This document shows, piece by piece, positions 62,201 to 64,000 of a DNA stretch of 64,000 nt (the first letter of the stretch is position 1; each line of letters starts with the position of its first letter). The stretch is taken from the NCBI GenBank assembly GCA_043228905.1, contig JBHGNT010000004.1, positions 7,068,001 to 7,132,000 on the forward strand, read 5' to 3'. The DNA is from Azolla caroliniana. Its lineage: Eukaryota > Plantae > Polypodiophyta. The translations under genes were made by a program, and so were the position numbers. The notes under the pieces are model-generated. The model ran no database searches and had not been told where the DNA came from. It saw only the letters and a list, made by a program, of their open reading frames with translations.

Positions 62201-63353
62201 TCAATCGAACCTCCGGAACGTGTCGGACATCCTTCAGCAGCATTTTGCATCCGGTCGGGGTTGTCAACCACACGTCTCCGATGCCGGCAATCCGGCACGT
62301 ACCTTCATTTCCCATCCGAACACAGCCATGCTCACCGGCTGTGTAGGATGAAAAGTATCTTCTCTCCGGGGTCAGGTGGAACGACGCTCCGGAGTCGACC
62401 ACCCAGGTCGTCTCATCGCCGGCAATGTTTAGCTCTCCTTCTTCGGTGATGAGCATGATTTCTTCCTCACTTGCCGCGAGTGCCGTTGTTCCTTTCCGGT
62501 CCTGCCCTCGCCGATCCGAACCTCTCCGGTCCGTGGCTCCCCGGTATGCACCGTTTCTCTCCGGTGACTTCTTCGAATCGGTGTCGTCGGCTCCGTTGTC
62601 TTTTCGGTAATGCCGACAATTCTTTCGGAAGTGCCCCGGCTTCCCACAGTGGAAGCATGTGGGTCTTCCTCTTGACTGCGACCTGGTCCCCGACTTCTCC
62701 CGTCTTTGCGGACTCCGGTTCCATTGTCTTCCCCGATCCGATTCGGTAAACAGCATCTTCGGGTCGGAGGTCGGTTCCTTATCTCTCCGACGCGCTTCTT
62801 CATTCAAAATACTTGTCTTTACCGTTTGCAAGGACAAGTTATCTTCTGTACAGGAGGTGCTGAGAGTCACCACCAAGTTCTCCCAGCTTTCTGGCAATGT
62901 ACACATCAGGATGATGGCTTGCATTGCATCCTCCAACGGGAACTTGATCGCCGCAAGCTGATTCACGAATCCCATGAACGTGCTTACGTGTTCGACCATA
63001 CTCTCGCCGTCCCGGTACTTGAGGTTCACTATCTTCCTCATCAGGGAGGTCCGGTTCAACGCATTCTTCCTCTCGTAGAGGCCCGACAGCTTCTTCCACA
63101 TCTCATATGCGTTGGTGTCATTCGCCACATGTTGTAGGACGCTTACATCGACATATTGTCGGATCGTCGCTACGGCTTTCCGGTTCAGGAGCTTCCACTC
63201 CGACTCAAGTACCCCTTTCGGTATTTCCGACCTGTCAATCGGTTCGTACAGGTCCCGAACAATCAGAAGATCCTCCATCTTGATCTTCCAGTCGGCGTAA
63301 TTCTGTGCATTCAGCACCATCATCATCGGCTGCCCGCTGCCGCCGCCTTCCAT
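59280..63353 (-). CDS. Copia Gag-Pol polyprotein (~1357 aa from the first ATG)
   Basis: CFHCGKPGHFRKNC, WVVDSGASFH, LWHKRLCH, HTDVC..IRADNGGEY..NGLAERMN, YKARIVVKGF, LLYVDDML, FTDSDM, TKHIQ, SDMLTK. Confidence 0.95.
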   Translation of the reverse strand: MEGGGSGQPMMMVLNAQNYADWKIKMEDLLIVRDLYEPIDRSEIPKGVLESEWKLLNRKAVATIRQYVDVSVLQHVANDTNAYEMWKKLSGLYERKNALNRTSLMRKIVNLKYRDGESMVEHVSTFMGFVNQLAAIKFPLEDAMQAIILMCTLPESWENLVVTLSTSCTEDNLSLQTVKTSILNEEARRRDKEPTSDPKMLFTESDRGRQWNRSPQRREKSGTRSQSRGRPTCFHCGKPGHFRKNCRHYRKDNGADDTDSKKSPERNGAYRGATDRRGSDRRGQDRKGTTALAASEEEIMLITEEGELNIAGDETTWVVDSGASFHLTPERRYFSSYTAGEHGCVRMGNEGTCRIAGIGDVWLTTPTGCKMLLKDVRHVPEVRLNLISAGRLDDEGYTGSIRNGVMKFSKGSLIVARARKVNTLYLINARLCPEELNVAADTAGELWHKRLCHMSEKGMKRLAEDNLIPVKHVHLEKCTDCLAGKQNRTSFHSRPPTRRSAPLELVHTDVCQVETKSHGGAQYFVTFIDDHSRRLWTAPLKTKDQVLPVFKELHARLERESGKKLKAIRADNGGEYRGQFHEYCRSKGIRLEFTVPKTPELNGLAERMNRTIMERVRSMLAHAKLPKGFWAEAMSTATYVINRSPSVPLDGDTPQRVWTGREVSYRHLKVFGCLAYVHVAKDRRGKLDPKTRPCIFLGYGDDEFGYRVWDPVDKKIFRSRDIIFMEDKTLADWESEKKMKSSKSTGEDQLYEEQSRPARDRLTLEDPAEDGEETEPAEEDENDTGTGPDPEMDSDEEESEEPVTEAPERRYPLRERRAPRRFPEPEHVLLTDEGEPESFEEAKHDTQSRRWLSAMQDEMDSLHENHTYELVELPKGKRALRNKWVFKLKPGDAGNPPRYKARIVVKGFQQKKGVDFDEIFAPVVKMTSIRTVLSIAAIMDLEVEQMDVKTAFLHGDLDEEIYMQQPEGFEKKGKEHLVCRLKKSLYGLKQAPRQWYRKFDSFMTDEGYLKTQSDHCVFVKKFEGGDFLILLLYVDDMLIVGRDQVKIRMLKKALHRTFSMKDLGSARQILGMHIIRDRKKKLLWLSQEKYVTKVLHRFNMSEARPVGSTLPANCKLSSKQSPKTKAEKEDMMKVPYASAVGSLMYAMVCTRPDIGYAVGVVSRYMSNPGKEHWNAAKWILRYLKGTANVCLRFGSGKPELDGFTDSDMSADADTSRSTSGYVMTYAGGAVSWQSRLQKTVALSTTEAEYMAAVEADKEVIWMKDFIRELGIRQEEYRLYCDSQSAIHLAKNAAYHSRTKHIQRRYHWIRERIEDKEFVLMKIHTDENGSDMLTKVLTPDKLEACRKRIGLERHPMPK

Positions 63354-63367
63354 TTTCTGCAACAGTC

Positions 63368-63379
63368 GCTCTGATACCA
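63368..63379 (-). promoter_or_regulatory. PBS complementary to initiator tRNA-Met
   Basis: TGGTATCAGAGC, 3 nt inside the 5' LTR. Confidence 0.93.
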
Positions 63380-64000
63380 GTTTGTAAGGAATAGACGCTT
63401 CTATTCACCTTCTTCACTCGGCCACAACCGATTAATCGCGGATCAATGGAGCAGAAAATAGGAAACACACGTAGAAACAAAACGAAGAAAACGCGAGTAC
63501 ACAAGGATTAACGTGGAAAACCCTATATGGGAAAAAACCACGGGAGTGCGAGACTCCAAACCAAAACTATGCACAGAGAGATTTACAATGGCGAGCTGCA
63601 AGGCAACGACCTTGAGCTCGCTTCCTTCGCCACAGGCGGCGGTGTTACACAGAGACGTCGACCTCTTCCTCTCTCGCACTCTCTCTCTCTCTCTCACGGC
63701 TGCTCTCTCTTCACTCCTCTAAAGTGAAAAACCAGAAAAATGAGAAGCAAGCAACAAAACTGTTTGCCCTAAGTCATATTTATACTTATATGACTTTGGG
63801 CTATTTACAACTGTAGCCTCAGAGGCCCATGGTGAACATATTCACGGATATGTCCCTGCATCCGGATCGCTTTCCGGGTACATTCGTCATCCGGTACCGA
63901 AACCGGGGTCTTCGTCATCCGGATCCGAAACCGAAACCGGGCATCCATCTCCGATATCCGACCATCCCATGAGAAGGGACCGTAATCCCAACACAGTGTC

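Larger units (their letters stand above)
58659..63993 (-). mobile_element. Complete, young Ty1/copia element (Tnt1/Tork-like), 5335 bp
   Basis: 611-bp LTRs (58659-59269, 63383-63993) with no difference seen, TSD CAGTG on both sides, PBS, PPT, single intact ORF. Confidence 0.97.

Noticed and set aside
59245-63374. Numerous plus-strand ORFs within the intact Copia and other elements
   Set aside because: They are antisense shadows of GC-rich coding sequence with no independent motifs.

Overview
Eukaryotic, land-plant genomic DNA; the retrotransposon lineages suggest a seed-free plant such as a fern (inference). There is one host gene: a 4-exon POLTERGEIST/PLL-type clade C PP2C phosphatase (47222-52521, +, 942 aa). 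Most of the rest is retrotransposon. In order: the 3' half of an Athila/Tat-like Ty3/gypsy with a long extra ORF; a Copia remnant fused to a Tcn1-like chromovirus; Copia and LINE fragments; two tandem arrays; a four-level nest (non-autonomous LTR element > Gypsy A > Copia > Gypsy B, 17017-40135); an old chromovirus relic; and a complete young Copia with apparently identical LTRs (58659-63993). The most interesting signals are cis-acting RNA features. (1) A -1 frameshift cassette (GGATTTT plus a putative H-type pseudoknot with covariation) lies between protease and RT in both Gypsy A and B. (2) tRNA-derived A/B-box modules are embedded in the LTRs of at least four element families. (3) Tf1-type self-priming PBS/LTR complementarity is kept with different sequences in an autonomous-type and a non-autonomous family. 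All coordinates and alignments were read by eye; no searches were run.
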